64,000 bases of DNA from Candidatus Obscuribacteraceae bacterium (GCA_044226015.1 JBGAHS010000004.1:768001-832000); one strand, 5' to 3'. Shown: positions 20,302-30,667, numbered from the stretch's first letter. The notes: a model not told the origin generated them from the letters alone. A program made the numbers and translations.

Positions 20302-21303
20302 ATGGCAACCAACTTAAATTGGACTGACCTCAGCCGAACCGGTTATGAGGCGCTGACCCAGGGAAATTTCGAGAAGGCAGAACTGCTTTTTCGGCGCGCA
20401 ATTGACCATTGCGGGTTCGAACAAGAAGACCTGCGCCTGGCATACAGTTTTTTGGTACTTGGACGCTGCCTGTCACAGAAAGGTGATTGGGTTGGCGCTG
20501 ATCCTATGTATCAGAAGGCGATGGTAATCTACGAGAAGGTTCATGGACCCGTCCATGAAGACGTGGGCTACTCTTTGTCAGGTCAGGCTAAGTGCAAACT
20601 TCAGACAGGCCATTATGAGGCTGCGTCGAATTTGTACAAACGTGCTGTGACCATTTACGAACAAGTGCGTGGTCCAGAACATGAGGACACAGGGAATGTG
20701 TTGGACAATCTCGGTCAGAGCTATATGGCTCAGCGAGAATATGAGAAAGCAATCGAGTGCTATGAACGTTCGGTGAAGATTTTCACCAAGGTTCGTGGAC
20801 CTTACGACGAGAAAGTTGCTGACGGTTTGTTCAGTTTGGGTCGCTGTCATGACGAACTGAATGAAGACAAATTGGCTGCTCCACTTTTTCATCGTGCGCT
20901 AGAGATTTATGAGCAGCAGGCAGAGCCCGATCGCGAGCAGTTAGCGAATTGCCAGTACAACCTGGCGCGTTGCTATCAAGGCTTGCGTGAGTTCCTGAAG
21001 GCTGAACCCCTTTATCATCGAGCGTTAGATTATTTCTTGAAGTCAAAGGACAAGAGCCTAGAGCGCAGTGCGGCATACTGCACTTTTGCCCTATCAACAT
21101 GCTACATGGTATCTGGTGATTATCGTGCGGAGGAGTATTTGAAGAGAGCTAAAATGCTCTATGAAAAGATCTTTGGACCTAATCATTTGCAAACCGCATA
21201 CCTTTTGGATGCGTATTCACGTCTGTTGAGCAACACGTGTCGCTCAGCTGAAGCCAAAAGACTCGAAGAGCGAGCTCGCGAAATTCGCGAAAAGTTCAAT
21301 TAG
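20302..21303 (+). CDS. TPR protein (kinesin light chain-like 42-aa repeats)
   Basis: Repeated A..LY.RAL.IYE...GP.H units. Confidence 0.88.
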   Translation: MATNLNWTDLSRTGYEALTQGNFEKAELLFRRAIDHCGFEQEDLRLAYSFLVLGRCLSQKGDWVGADPMYQKAMVIYEKVHGPVHEDVGYSLSGQAKCKLQTGHYEAASNLYKRAVTIYEQVRGPEHEDTGNVLDNLGQSYMAQREYEKAIECYERSVKIFTKVRGPYDEKVADGLFSLGRCHDELNEDKLAAPLFHRALEIYEQQAEPDREQLANCQYNLARCYQGLREFLKAEPLYHRALDYFLKSKDKSLERSAAYCTFALSTCYMVSGDYRAEEYLKRAKMLYEKIFGPNHLQTAYLLDAYSRLLSNTCRSAEAKRLEERAREIREKFN

Positions 21304-21325
21304 GAGTTTTTTCCGTAGTGACGGC

Positions 21326-21365
21326 AAGAGTCCCTTCCTCAACAGAAGGGGCTCTTTCTCTTTTT
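21326..21365. terminator. Terminator hairpin between convergent genes
   Basis: AAGAGTCCCTTC-loop-GAAGGGGCTCTT followed by a T-rich run. Confidence 0.65.
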
Positions 21366-21447
21366 GTGCTGGGTTTGAAGCGCTAGCAAAGCCGAGAAGG
21401 TAGAAATCAAATCCTCCTCCGGGTGCGACGCTTTGGCACTGCGGTTT

Positions 21448-21723
21448 TTACTTAGCGGATGTTTCTTCCTTGCAAGCTTTGTCTCTGGCTTTCGCCATGG
21501 GGTTAAAGTTGTCATACGAAAGATAGATGCTAATTGACTCGTAGCCTGTGCCATCGTTTCCTTCTGAGGACATGGTTATCCCAAAAGGTGCGTTCCGTTT
21601 TGCCGACTCAAATACTTCCGACCAGTGACAGGAGCCAACTGATTGCATCAATCGTGATGCATCAAGCCCATTTTTTCTTACTAAGGCGTCGCCTAGCTCG
21701 TTACCTTTTTGCTTGTAATCCAT
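21448..21723 (-). CDS. Small hypothetical protein
   Basis: ORF MDYKQKGNEL... with a purine-rich RBS. Confidence 0.6.
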   Translation of the reverse strand: MDYKQKGNELGDALVRKNGLDASRLMQSVGSCHWSEVFESAKRNAPFGITMSSEGNDGTGYESISIYLSYDNFNPMAKARDKACKEETSAK

Positions 21724-21929
21724 ATTTCTTTCCCCAACCAACCAGTTACATATTAGGGTAATGCTGTCTACCCTTGGATGTGGATGACTCCACTTTTGGT
21801 CTGCACTTATGTGTGATGCTCTAAATCAAACTTTGGACACGATGCGTTTACTAGTGTGAGACTGCCTGCTATTCTGTTCAGCACTTTGATTAGCTCGCGA
21901 GTAGCTTTTCTCATAGGATAGGCTAAAAA

Positions 21930-23009
21930 ATGGATTCCATTCAAAAATTGCAAGATGCGCTTGAACTCAGCTTTGACCCCAACAGTCTTGCTCAAAAAGA
22001 CTCCAATATTTTCGGATTGCCTTTCACAGCACAAACTGCTCAGCAGGTGATAATTCCAGTGCCTTGGGAAGTGACAGTATCTTACAATGCAGGCACTGCG
22101 GAAGGTCCTGCGTCCATATTCGACGCTTCCAAGCAAGTTGACCTGTATGACCCCGATGTGAAAGATGCATGGAAGCTTGGGCTCGCTATGCTCGATATGC
22201 CAGAACGGCTAGTGGAATTGAACCGGGAGATGCGCTGCAAGGCCGAAGAGTACATTGATGCGCTTGAGGATGGAAAATCTGCCACTACAGATGGTGCGTG
22301 CGCTGGTCTGCTGCAAGAAATAAATGAAAGCTGCGAGCAGATGAATACCTGGGTTTTTGAACAAGCTGATGGCTTGCTCAAGCAAAGCAAGCTCGTTGGC
22401 TTGATTGGTGGCGACCACAGTACTCCGCTTGGATTAATGCGAGCGCTTGCGCTGAAGTACAAGGAGTTCGGCATTCTACACTTTGATGCGCATGCGGATC
22501 TCCGTGATGCTTATGAAGGGTTCAAATACTCGCACGCATCAATAATGTTCAACGCTCTCAGTATTGGTTCTCTAACTAGACTTATTCAGGTTGGTATCAG
22601 AGATTTTTGTGAGCAAGAAGCTGAGCTGGTCAAAGATTCACAGGGACGTATAGTCTCGTATTATGACCGCGACATAAAATCGCGAATGTATGGTGGCGAA
22701 AGTTGGAAGCAAATCAGTGACGAGATCGTGAGCCATTTGCCTCAGCATGTCTATGTAAGCTTTGACGTTGATGGGTTGGATCCGAAACTTTGTCCGAATA
22801 CCGGAACGCCTGTGCCGGGCGGCTTGGAATTCGAGCAAGCTGTTTATGTAGTGAAATGCCTGGTTGAAAGCGGAAAGTCTATTATCGGTTTTGATGTGAA
22901 TGAGGTCGCACCGGGTGAAGATGAGTGGGATGCCAATGTAGGTGCGCGCCTTGTTTATCGATTGGCGAACCTGGCAGCATTGAGCCGTGGACTAAAACCT
23001 ATAGTCTGA
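21930..23009 (+). CDS. speB: Agmatinase (ureohydrolase family)
   Basis: GGDHS, DAHAD, SFDVDGLDP, TGTPVPGG. Confidence 0.88.
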   Translation: MDSIQKLQDALELSFDPNSLAQKDSNIFGLPFTAQTAQQVIIPVPWEVTVSYNAGTAEGPASIFDASKQVDLYDPDVKDAWKLGLAMLDMPERLVELNREMRCKAEEYIDALEDGKSATTDGACAGLLQEINESCEQMNTWVFEQADGLLKQSKLVGLIGGDHSTPLGLMRALALKYKEFGILHFDAHADLRDAYEGFKYSHASIMFNALSIGSLTRLIQVGIRDFCEQEAELVKDSQGRIVSYYDRDIKSRMYGGESWKQISDEIVSHLPQHVYVSFDVDGLDPKLCPNTGTPVPGGLEFEQAVYVVKCLVESGKSIIGFDVNEVAPGEDEWDANVGARLVYRLANLAALSRGLKPIV

Positions 23010-23133
23010 GCTACTCGTTGACCAGCATTGGAAGTAAAGACCGCAGAGTGAATATTAGTGGTTCTAAATGCAATGGTTTGCCTAATTTTGCCGAGCTAAG
23101 CGTAGCCCAAATACACTACATCGGATTGGTCTT

Positions 23134-23616
23134 ATGAGCACGCGAAAAAAGAAAGGGCAGTCTCTAGCAGAATTGGGTGCTGGCATGATGGTCTTCGTCC
23201 CAGTGATCCTTCTACTAATAGATTGCGCCGTCATCATGATCGGAGTTTCAACAAACGAAGCGCTCTGCCGAGACGCGGCTCGCGCTGCTTCGTCTGGACC
23301 ACCAGGTGCCATGTCCTCTGGAAATCACACAGTTGGCTCATCAGGATTGCCATATAAACGAGCACTAGCTGTTGTAAAAGATATCTACAATCTCGGTGGA
23401 ATGGTCAAAGTAAAAGAAACGCTTCTGGTTAATGAAGAGCTTCACGAGCCACTTCCGCAGGTTCCTCAAGGAGGACCAGTAATTGGTCAGGTTACAGTCG
23501 AAACAACGATTGATGTTTTCCCGCCATTCTTAATCAAGATCTTTGCGGAAAATGGAACTTATCAATTTAAGAACACGCAGTCGTATCCTTACACTTACGT
23601 GATGCCTAGCAGCTAA
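23134..23616 (+). CDS. TadE-like pseudopilin
   Basis: Prepilin-type RKKKG|QSLAE followed by a hydrophobic helix and RDAARAA. Confidence 0.8.
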   Translation: MSTRKKKGQSLAELGAGMMVFVPVILLLIDCAVIMIGVSTNEALCRDAARAASSGPPGAMSSGNHTVGSSGLPYKRALAVVKDIYNLGGMVKVKETLLVNEELHEPLPQVPQGGPVIGQVTVETTIDVFPPFLIKIFAENGTYQFKNTQSYPYTYVMPSS

Positions 23617-23731
23617 CGATCATAGCTGAATCCACCAAATATTTTGCTTGATGGATCGCTCATGAACGACCCATCAAAATATGATTGTGCCTGAAAATTT
23701 GCGAAGGCACATGGGGCAATCAACCAATCAA

Positions 23732-23959
23732 CTAACTGAAGTAGACGCCGACGGCGCCTGTGACTCGACGCAATAGTCTAACTGAATCAACTTCAAGTTC
23801 TTCGCCATAATCAAGCTCTTGCTGTCCTCGAAGTTTCAATAAATCAATCAACGCTTTCCGCTCTTGCTCGGAAAGTTCGATTCTTTTGTTGTGATTGTCT
23901 GCTGCGACTCTCATCAGATCAGTTGTGCTCATACTTGAGTCATAGGTGGCCACTAGCAT
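23732..23959 (-). CDS. Small hypothetical protein
   Basis: 75-aa ORF with a GGAG RBS. Confidence 0.65.
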   Translation of the reverse strand: MLVATYDSSMSTTDLMRVAADNHNKRIELSEQERKALIDLLKLRGQQELDYGEELEVDSVRLLRRVTGAVGVYFS

Positions 23960-24213
23960 AATTTCTCCAAGTCCTTGCGAACATCAAACCCCATAATGGA
24001 ATCATTATGTATACGACTTTCTTGCTCTGCAAGATCAAATGACCGCCTGAGCCTGGGATTTCCACGAGCAAGATCGACCTGCGCGTGGTGAAAACCACAA
24101 TCATGCCCAGAAAAGACCGTAAACACTCAGTACCCCTTGGAAAGGTTGCGGGGCGCGTCCCCCCGGAGCACCACCCTCAATCCACGTCGTGCTGTCACTC
24201 AACACGTACACTT

Positions 24214-25038
24214 TTAGCAAGCAACGAACTCATCTTCCTCGTCAGAAGCGTTATTCTGTTGGCGAACTTGAATCTTTGTTTCTTCGATTAGTTTCTGGAA
24301 CAACTCCATGCAGGTGAATTCCACCATACTTGGTGTCAACGATTTTCCATCTTCCAGTTCCCAGAAAACATGGTTGCCGACTAGTCGGGTGTTCAATTTT
24401 GCGATTGTATGAAAGTGTTTTTCAGTTTGGCTGAGACCCAGTGCACGTTCCACTGGAATGAGATAGAACTGGATGCCTTTCTTGTCGCCGCGCAAGACGA
24501 GGCTGAAAGAAGGTGTTGAGAGGCGAGCACGGTAGTAAGTTACAGTTTCTTCTGCCTGTCGCAGTTTGTTGAATTTAACTACTTCTGTAACTGGTTGAGG
24601 GCTAGTTCCTGCAACGTGAAGAGGTCCGTATCCTAGAGCGCTATTAAGTTCGTAGCTGTATGCTTTCAAGATTTCAAAAACATGTTCAATCATCGCTGCC
24701 ATTGAAGCTTGACACAGTGTTTCTTCGCGATGCGCTTTTTCCATTTTGGTGCGCTGTTCTTTGATGAAGTTCATTGAGTCAGAAGCCATCTGATTCAAGA
24801 ATTCGCCGCGCTCTTCGCTTGCTTTGGTTTGTGGTTTGGCTTTGTAGAGAACAAGAATTTGTTCGTTGATCTCAGCAGTGCCATCAGGCGTTTCTTGCGT
24901 GTAGTCTGCTCTGTCGATTGTTTTTTTGAATGCGGCATTGTTGCCCCATTGTCTGTCGAAAAACGGCTCCTTGGTGATGTGCGCTTTCTTCGAATTTTTA
25001 GCAATAGCCTGAATGTTATGTAGTAATGCGTGCAACAT
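24214..25038 (-). CDS. Hypothetical protein sharing a domain with the input region of the nearby histidine kinase
   Basis: 274 aa; aligns by eye with the N-terminal half of 25823..27310. Confidence 0.8.
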   Translation of the reverse strand: MLHALLHNIQAIAKNSKKAHITKEPFFDRQWGNNAAFKKTIDRADYTQETPDGTAEINEQILVLYKAKPQTKASEERGEFLNQMASDSMNFIKEQRTKMEKAHREETLCQASMAAMIEHVFEILKAYSYELNSALGYGPLHVAGTSPQPVTEVVKFNKLRQAEETVTYYRARLSTPSFSLVLRGDKKGIQFYLIPVERALGLSQTEKHFHTIAKLNTRLVGNHVFWELEDGKSLTPSMVEFTCMELFQKLIEETKIQVRQQNNASDEEDEFVAC

Positions 25039-25423
25039 GATTCCAAACCCCAGAAAAGTAATGCCAATCCATTCCTGTCAGCAAGATCCTGCCTAATGGA
25101 TCTCGTTGAAGCCCTTAACTGACTAAGCAGTATTCAAATTCCCGAACTTTCTAGTAAATTCTGCCTTTTGGGCAGATGTCAATATCATAGCTTGACCATA
25201 AATCCGTGTAAATTAGCTAAAGCGCGTAAGCATTGTTGAGTTGTTTCGCTCTTCAGATTTGACTCAGTTTATTGATCCTTTCTGAAAAAAAGTTGAGTGG
25301 ATCGGTTTTAATTGCATCGGTTCCGGGTACTGCCCAGTACCCTCGCTATGAAGCGTATCAGATAGGTTATATTTGAGAAAGAGCAAATATGCCCAATTTC
25401 GATAAAAAATCAGGAGCATCTAA

Positions 25424-25624
25424 GTGAAAAAGTACAGTCCCTATATCTTTGGTGTGCTAGCTCTGGTGCTCATTGTGACCTCATTTATACTTCGAAATGG
25501 ATCACCAGACGTAGATCTTGTGATCACCAATCTTGCCAGCACGTTCATGCTTTTTGGTGGTGGCATATGTGTGATCGTGGCTGTGGTAGCTTTCTTCAAG
25601 CGTGACGATCCTGAGGAGTGGTGA
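25424..25624 (+). CDS. Small two-TM membrane protein
   Basis: AGGAG RBS, GTG start, two hydrophobic helices. Confidence 0.75.
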   Translation: MKKYSPYIFGVLALVLIVTSFILRNGSPDVDLVITNLASTFMLFGGGICVIVAVVAFFKRDDPEEW

Positions 25625-25822
25625 AACTTCGTGCCATCGCTGCCGGTGAAGCGTGCTGAGAGTATATGTACTAGCGTAGTGCGTGAGCTGCGCTAACCGT
25701 TACGCGGCGGAGCTGTGCACTCTCAGCTTATAGCTCAACCGGTACCGTTTCAGTTTCCGGGAAAATCTCCGTGCAAGTACTTGCGCAGAGAAACCTTAGA
25801 ACTCAAACGCTACCGTTTCGGC

Positions 25823-27310
25823 CTAACCGAATCTGGACAGGCTTATCTCCAGAGTTACCCTGGTGCCTTTGCCCGGGGCCGATTTTATTCCGAACTTGGT
25901 TGGGAAAAATGAACGAATCAGGTCCGCACGTTCTTTCAGGCTGCCCATTCCATATCCGCCTTTTCTATTGCTTTTATCGCTAGCTGCTTCCATATCAAAG
26001 CCCTTGCCGTTGTCGGCAACAGTGACCATAAAAACTTCACCTTCTCGTTCCATGGTGACTACCACGCGGCTGGGTTCCGCATATTTGGTGGCATTGTTTA
26101 CCGACTCTTGCACAATGCGGTAAATGTGTAGTAGCACCGCAGATGGCATCACTGGAATATCCATTTCGCTGATTAATTCGCAATCAATTCCTGTGCGCTG
26201 CGAAATTTGATCCAACATGTCCTCAATAACAGTGGAAAGCCCCCAGTCGCTGAGGTCTCTGGGAGAAAGGTCATAACAGATTTCCCGCAGCTTTCGGACT
26301 ATGCCTTCAAGCGAGTCCATCGTTTCGTGTACAGAAATTCTTGAACTAGAACTCAAATTTCGCTTAAGCGCCATCACATCCGAAATCACTGCATCATGGA
26401 GGTCTCGCGCTATGCGTTTTTGAATTTCTTCCTGTTGAATAACTACTTTTTGTGCAAGGTGCTCGCGCTCGATTACAAGCTGCTCGATCGATCGTTTCAA
26501 TCGTGGATCGTCCACTCCTGAGCCGTGCCCCATCTGGGTAGGTTGTTCTTGTTCTTGAGTTGCTGAAACAAGATCGCGAAACAACATTCTCATTTTTGAG
26601 CGCAAATCTTCAGCTGAAATAGGTAAGCCGTCACTGGTCCATACGCGCCTGCCACCAACTTTTAATAACTCAAGCCTTACCTTCAGTCGCAACGGAACTT
26701 CTGCTTGTGACAGAGCCATAAGATCTGACGAAGGCAAAAGAAAAAGTTCGATAACCGCGCGTCGTGATCGGCAGGAAAGAGCCCATGAACCGGTGGACGC
26801 GCGCCATCGAGTATAAGTTATTGTTTCTGTGATTTCTGAGCCAGGTCCCTTCATGACCTTTCTGCGCTCATTTACATCCGAGGGTGGTGTCATGCTTATG
26901 ACAACTTGTTTGCCAATATCGTTATATTCAGCAGCCAGGTGGGAGGTGAAATCGCATAGTCTGCTAGTCAGTAGTTGCACCGAGAGCATTGCTGGTTTCT
27001 TGTCAGATTCATCGAGTTGCCTCATGATCTGCCATTGATCAACTCCTCGCAGGCATGCGAGCCAGCCTCTATCCTTAAAAACCCGCGTATCAAGAGTTTC
27101 AGCAAGCTGCTCATAACCCTCTATTTCGCTTAAACCGCGAACATCAGCACTCGATGAATAGGGACCCGACCCTTGAGGAGTTGATTGCGGTGCAAGCGAC
27201 TGACTGCTTATCGGTGCCCTGGCATCTTTTCCTGAGCGATTGCCTGAGTGCCTTATTCTTACACCGAAGAACCAGAGTACCCTGTCAACAGCCTTGACTA
27301 CGGGGTTCAT
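25823..27310 (-). CDS. NarX/HisKA_3-type sensor histidine kinase, apparently cytoplasmic
   Basis: RIARDLHD, RIVQESVNN, DNGKGF, GYGMG, PGKGT. Confidence 0.93.
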   Translation of the reverse strand: MNPVVKAVDRVLWFFGVRIRHSGNRSGKDARAPISSQSLAPQSTPQGSGPYSSSADVRGLSEIEGYEQLAETLDTRVFKDRGWLACLRGVDQWQIMRQLDESDKKPAMLSVQLLTSRLCDFTSHLAAEYNDIGKQVVISMTPPSDVNERRKVMKGPGSEITETITYTRWRASTGSWALSCRSRRAVIELFLLPSSDLMALSQAEVPLRLKVRLELLKVGGRRVWTSDGLPISAEDLRSKMRMLFRDLVSATQEQEQPTQMGHGSGVDDPRLKRSIEQLVIEREHLAQKVVIQQEEIQKRIARDLHDAVISDVMALKRNLSSSSRISVHETMDSLEGIVRKLREICYDLSPRDLSDWGLSTVIEDMLDQISQRTGIDCELISEMDIPVMPSAVLLHIYRIVQESVNNATKYAEPSRVVVTMEREGEVFMVTVADNGKGFDMEAASDKSNRKGGYGMGSLKERADLIRSFFPTKFGIKSAPGKGTRVTLEISLSRFG

Positions 27311-27930
27311 GTTGTGGAATCCAGGTTGCCATAGCCGTTTTGCACCGCCCAGGCAATAAGTTCCTCACGTGTTTTCAAACCCAGTTTCAGCAATAACAAT
27401 TCACACTGTTTTCGGACCGTAGCGGGCGAAGTCAAGCGCTCTTCTGCCATGTCCTGATATTTCATTCCTCTGGCAAGCATTCGTAGCACTTCTTGCTCAG
27501 ACTTCGTCAATTTTGTGTCATCGCCTGTAGCAAGCGAATCGGAAACTATTGGATGCTTGCCATTGGATATTTCGCGGATTACTTCGGCAACCCGTGAAAC
27601 GCTTTCTGATTTTAGCAAGTAGCCGTAGGCGCCGATAGCCAGAACCGCTTGAACGAAGGCAAGGCGGCTCTCACCAGAAAAAACAAGAACCCTTGATCCT
27701 GGCAGATCGCAGAACTCTTTCACCATGCTTTTTGGTCCAAGCGATCCGGGCAAATGCAAGTCAAGCACTATGATTTGCGGTTTCAGTTCTCTGGCGAGCC
27801 TGAGTCCTTCATCGGAATTTGGCGAAGCTGCCACCACCTTGATGTCTGCTTCTTGGGAAAGCCCAAACCTCAAGCCGTCAAGAGTCACCTGGTGGTCTTC
27901 GAGTATTAAAACTGTGATTGGTTCTGACAT
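27307..27930 (-). CDS. NarL/LuxR family response regulator
   Basis: EDH, LDLHLP, GYLLK, LTKSEQEVL HTH; 4-bp overlap with the kinase. Confidence 0.93.
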   Translation of the reverse strand: MSEPITVLILEDHQVTLDGLRFGLSQEADIKVVAASPNSDEGLRLARELKPQIIVLDLHLPGSLGPKSMVKEFCDLPGSRVLVFSGESRLAFVQAVLAIGAYGYLLKSESVSRVAEVIREISNGKHPIVSDSLATGDDTKLTKSEQEVLRMLARGMKYQDMAEERLTSPATVRKQCELLLLKLGLKTREELIAWAVQNGYGNLDSTT

Positions 27931-28028
27931 GTGATTATTATAGGATGCGACTTAGAAAAGAGTAATCTTGGCAAGATAATGCATTTGCTTATCTCCGGGT
28001 CATATTCTCGCAGAAACCTTACGCTAAA

Positions 28029-29057
28029 ATGCTTTTCGAGGCAGTTGCTTTCAGGAAACTTTCGAGGTTATTCATGCGTACTATTTTCTCTGTTGTCTCA
28101 TTGGCTCTGACCTTATTGTTTGCATCTCTTCCATCCGTTGAAGCTGAAACCACCAGTGGCGAACGTCGACCGAAGATCGGCCTGGCGCTTGGTGGTGGTG
28201 GCGCCCGTGGTGCTGCCCATGTTGGGGTACTGAAAGAACTCGAAAAAGAAGGCATTCCGATAGACGTTATCGTGGGTACCTCCATTGGCTCTGTCGTCGG
28301 TGGGCAGTACGCTGCCGGTGTTCCTCTCGATCAAATCGAGCAAGAGTTTACTTCCACCTCATTGATGCATGCATTTATGACAGTTCCGCTCTGGTTTAGA
28401 GTTGTCGTGGCGCCAGTGATGGTGCTTCCTCGACTTCTCGGGCATCACCCGTATGATGGCTTGTATAAAGGAAACAAGTTTAGAAACTACCTTCTGAGTG
28501 AGGTTCCTTCGTCTGAGCGGAATATTGAAGAACTTAAGATTCCTTTTTCGGCAGTTGCAGTTAACCTGGTCGACGGAAATCCTAAGCGTATCACCAAGGG
28601 AAACCTGGGATATGCCATGCAGGCTAGCTGTGCAGTTCCAAGTTTGAGAAAACCCGTAGAAATTGAGGATGGATTGTATTGCGATGGGGGCATAGCTGCT
28701 AACGTACCTGTGCGACTTTGCAAAGAAGCTGGCGCTGATTTCGTTATCGCTGTTGATATTGATGAACGCGTTCTTCCAGTTGAGAAGGATAGTTTCAGAA
28801 AGATTGGTAGCGTCGCAGAACGCCTTCTCAAGCTTCAACTTCGTGACACTGATTCTCCCCAGATTTCGGAAGCCGATGTTGTAATTCATCCAAATGTAGA
28901 TGGTATCAGTCTAATCTCTACCAAGAAAGTAGATGCATTCCGTGGTCTTCAATCCGGCAGGGATGCTGCCCGAGCGGTGCTTCCAGGTTTGAAGAAAAAA
29001 CTAGCTGAAAGGGGCATCAATCTCAGCGGCGTAGCCTCGTCTACAACACCTAACTAA
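28029..29057 (+). CDS. Patatin-like phospholipase, probably secreted
   Basis: GGGGARG, GTSIG, DGG; signal peptide. Confidence 0.93.
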   Translation: MLFEAVAFRKLSRLFMRTIFSVVSLALTLLFASLPSVEAETTSGERRPKIGLALGGGGARGAAHVGVLKELEKEGIPIDVIVGTSIGSVVGGQYAAGVPLDQIEQEFTSTSLMHAFMTVPLWFRVVVAPVMVLPRLLGHHPYDGLYKGNKFRNYLLSEVPSSERNIEELKIPFSAVAVNLVDGNPKRITKGNLGYAMQASCAVPSLRKPVEIEDGLYCDGGIAANVPVRLCKEAGADFVIAVDIDERVLPVEKDSFRKIGSVAERLLKLQLRDTDSPQISEADVVIHPNVDGISLISTKKVDAFRGLQSGRDAARAVLPGLKKKLAERGINLSGVASSTTPN

Positions 29058-29089
29058 GGTCGGCACAAGATGGTAGACGTGAAATAGAT

Positions 29090-29764
29090 ATGTTCAGAAA
29101 AACAGCTTTCAGTTTCGTAGGATTTCCAGTGATACTGAGCTTGTGTTGTTCGTATCCCATCTGTGCGAAGAAATCGTCAGAAGATAGCAAAGCTGCAAAG
29201 TCACACTCATCAGAAAAAGCAAGCAAAAAAAAGTTGCCTCAAAAGGCGCTCAAAGACCTCTCAGGCAAATCGATTCAACTCCTGGTCGATACTGAAGATG
29301 TCGTCGTAAGAGGCAAGCACGGGCTGAGAATTCATGTGCAGAACAAGTCAGACCGTGCAGTGATTTTCAATGGCGACGATGCCAAAGCAATACTTAATGG
29401 TATGGAATACCCAAGCAACATAATGGGTGAGTTCGAGGACCTTTCTGGCAGTCAGCCCACTTTTATTAGTGACCTTGATGCGACAGATGGCGGCAATCCC
29501 ACTGCTATCTCCATAAAAGGAATTCAGTCATATAACGACCTCCTGAGGAAACCCAAGCCAACGCTTGATCGCTTTAATCGAGACGACTACCAGCGTAAAG
29601 CGGAAGATCAAACTCGGTTTGGGCAACGTATTCTCTGGCCCGGCGACTCCTCGTCAGGCACCATAATATTCCAGTCTTCAGAGGCTCTGGGCAATGCTCA
29701 AGTAAAGATACCAATTTGTTCTTTCTTTGATGCTGCCGATAAGGCTGAGGCAAGCAATAAATGA
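29090..29764 (+). CDS. Secreted hypothetical protein
   Basis: Signal peptide; sits within an operon. Confidence 0.75.
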   Translation: MFRKTAFSFVGFPVILSLCCSYPICAKKSSEDSKAAKSHSSEKASKKKLPQKALKDLSGKSIQLLVDTEDVVVRGKHGLRIHVQNKSDRAVIFNGDDAKAILNGMEYPSNIMGEFEDLSGSQPTFISDLDATDGGNPTAISIKGIQSYNDLLRKPKPTLDRFNRDDYQRKAEDQTRFGQRILWPGDSSSGTIIFQSSEALGNAQVKIPICSFFDAADKAEASNK

Positions 29765-30663
29765 ATTTTGCGAATAACTCAAGGCTTGTCTTTTCTGTTT
29801 TTGCAGCATCTTTGTTGAATAGCGCACCATGTAATGCAGAAACAAGCGAGCTGCCTTTTACTTATCGCGGCGGCCACATAATTTGTATTCCTGCGACTCT
29901 TAATTCAAAAAAACAGAGTACTTTTATTCTTGATACCGGGGCTGGTGTCAACATTCTTTCTGATAAGTTGCAGAAAGAACACGCCTCCGCAGCCACTGCT
30001 CGTCATTCAGGCAAACGAATGTCTGGGCAGGCGCTGCAGATGAAAATAGCAACGGTTCCGGAGATCAAAGTTGGAGCTGTGCAGCAAAAACTCTCGAAGG
30101 TGGCAATCTGGAATACAGAGGATTTGTTTGGGCACAGCAAAGAGTTTGCTGACATAGCCGGAATTCTCTCGCTGAACTTTTTCAGAAAAGTTCCATTTAC
30201 TCTGGACTATAAGAGAAAGGTACTCATTCTCGAAGATAGCGAATCGTTGAAAAAACGTGTCGCAACCGGCATACGGGTGCCGGTCAAAATCGAGAGCAAG
30301 GGTGATGTGGAACTTTCAATCAAAGTACCAATAAGCATTGATAAAAATCCTCGGCTGTTCGCTGAAGTCGACACCGGCAGTGATTCTCTTATTCTGGATT
30401 TGAGATACATGAAATCTCTCAACATACGCAATGCGAAAATCAAACGGGTCGTCGGCAAGGACGAAACGGGGCACAGTTTTATTCGCTATTTTACTGAACT
30501 TCCTGGGAATATATGCTTAAAGGACGCCCCATCAATCTCGCAGAAGAAGCCCGACGTCATGTTTCAGAAGATAATTCATGATGGACTCATTGGGAATTCG
30601 TTCTTGAAGCAATTTACGGTTACCTACGACCTGGCCCATTCCCAGATGATTTTCAGCAACTAA
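29761..30663 (+). CDS. Two-domain retropepsin-like aspartyl protease
   Basis: FILDTGA...GILS and EVDTGS...GLIG; signal peptide. Confidence 0.88.
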   Translation: MNFANNSRLVFSVFAASLLNSAPCNAETSELPFTYRGGHIICIPATLNSKKQSTFILDTGAGVNILSDKLQKEHASAATARHSGKRMSGQALQMKIATVPEIKVGAVQQKLSKVAIWNTEDLFGHSKEFADIAGILSLNFFRKVPFTLDYKRKVLILEDSESLKKRVATGIRVPVKIESKGDVELSIKVPISIDKNPRLFAEVDTGSDSLILDLRYMKSLNIRNAKIKRVVGKDETGHSFIRYFTELPGNICLKDAPSISQKKPDVMFQKIIHDGLIGNSFLKQFTVTYDLAHSQMIFSN

Positions 30664-30667
30664 TTCA

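Noticed and set aside
21930..23009. Polyamine pathway cluster (agmatinase + spermidine synthases)
   Set aside because: The genes are 22 kb apart, no speA/speD is visible, and the synthase-like genes lack the SpeE signature.
24100..24180. Cobalamin riboswitch (CCCCGCAAC on the minus strand)
   Set aside because: The other conserved elements are not in the right order or on the same strand.
25650..25665. TPP riboswitch (GCTGAGA)
   Set aside because: No ACCTGAT or GCGNAGG elements, and the site lies between convergent genes.
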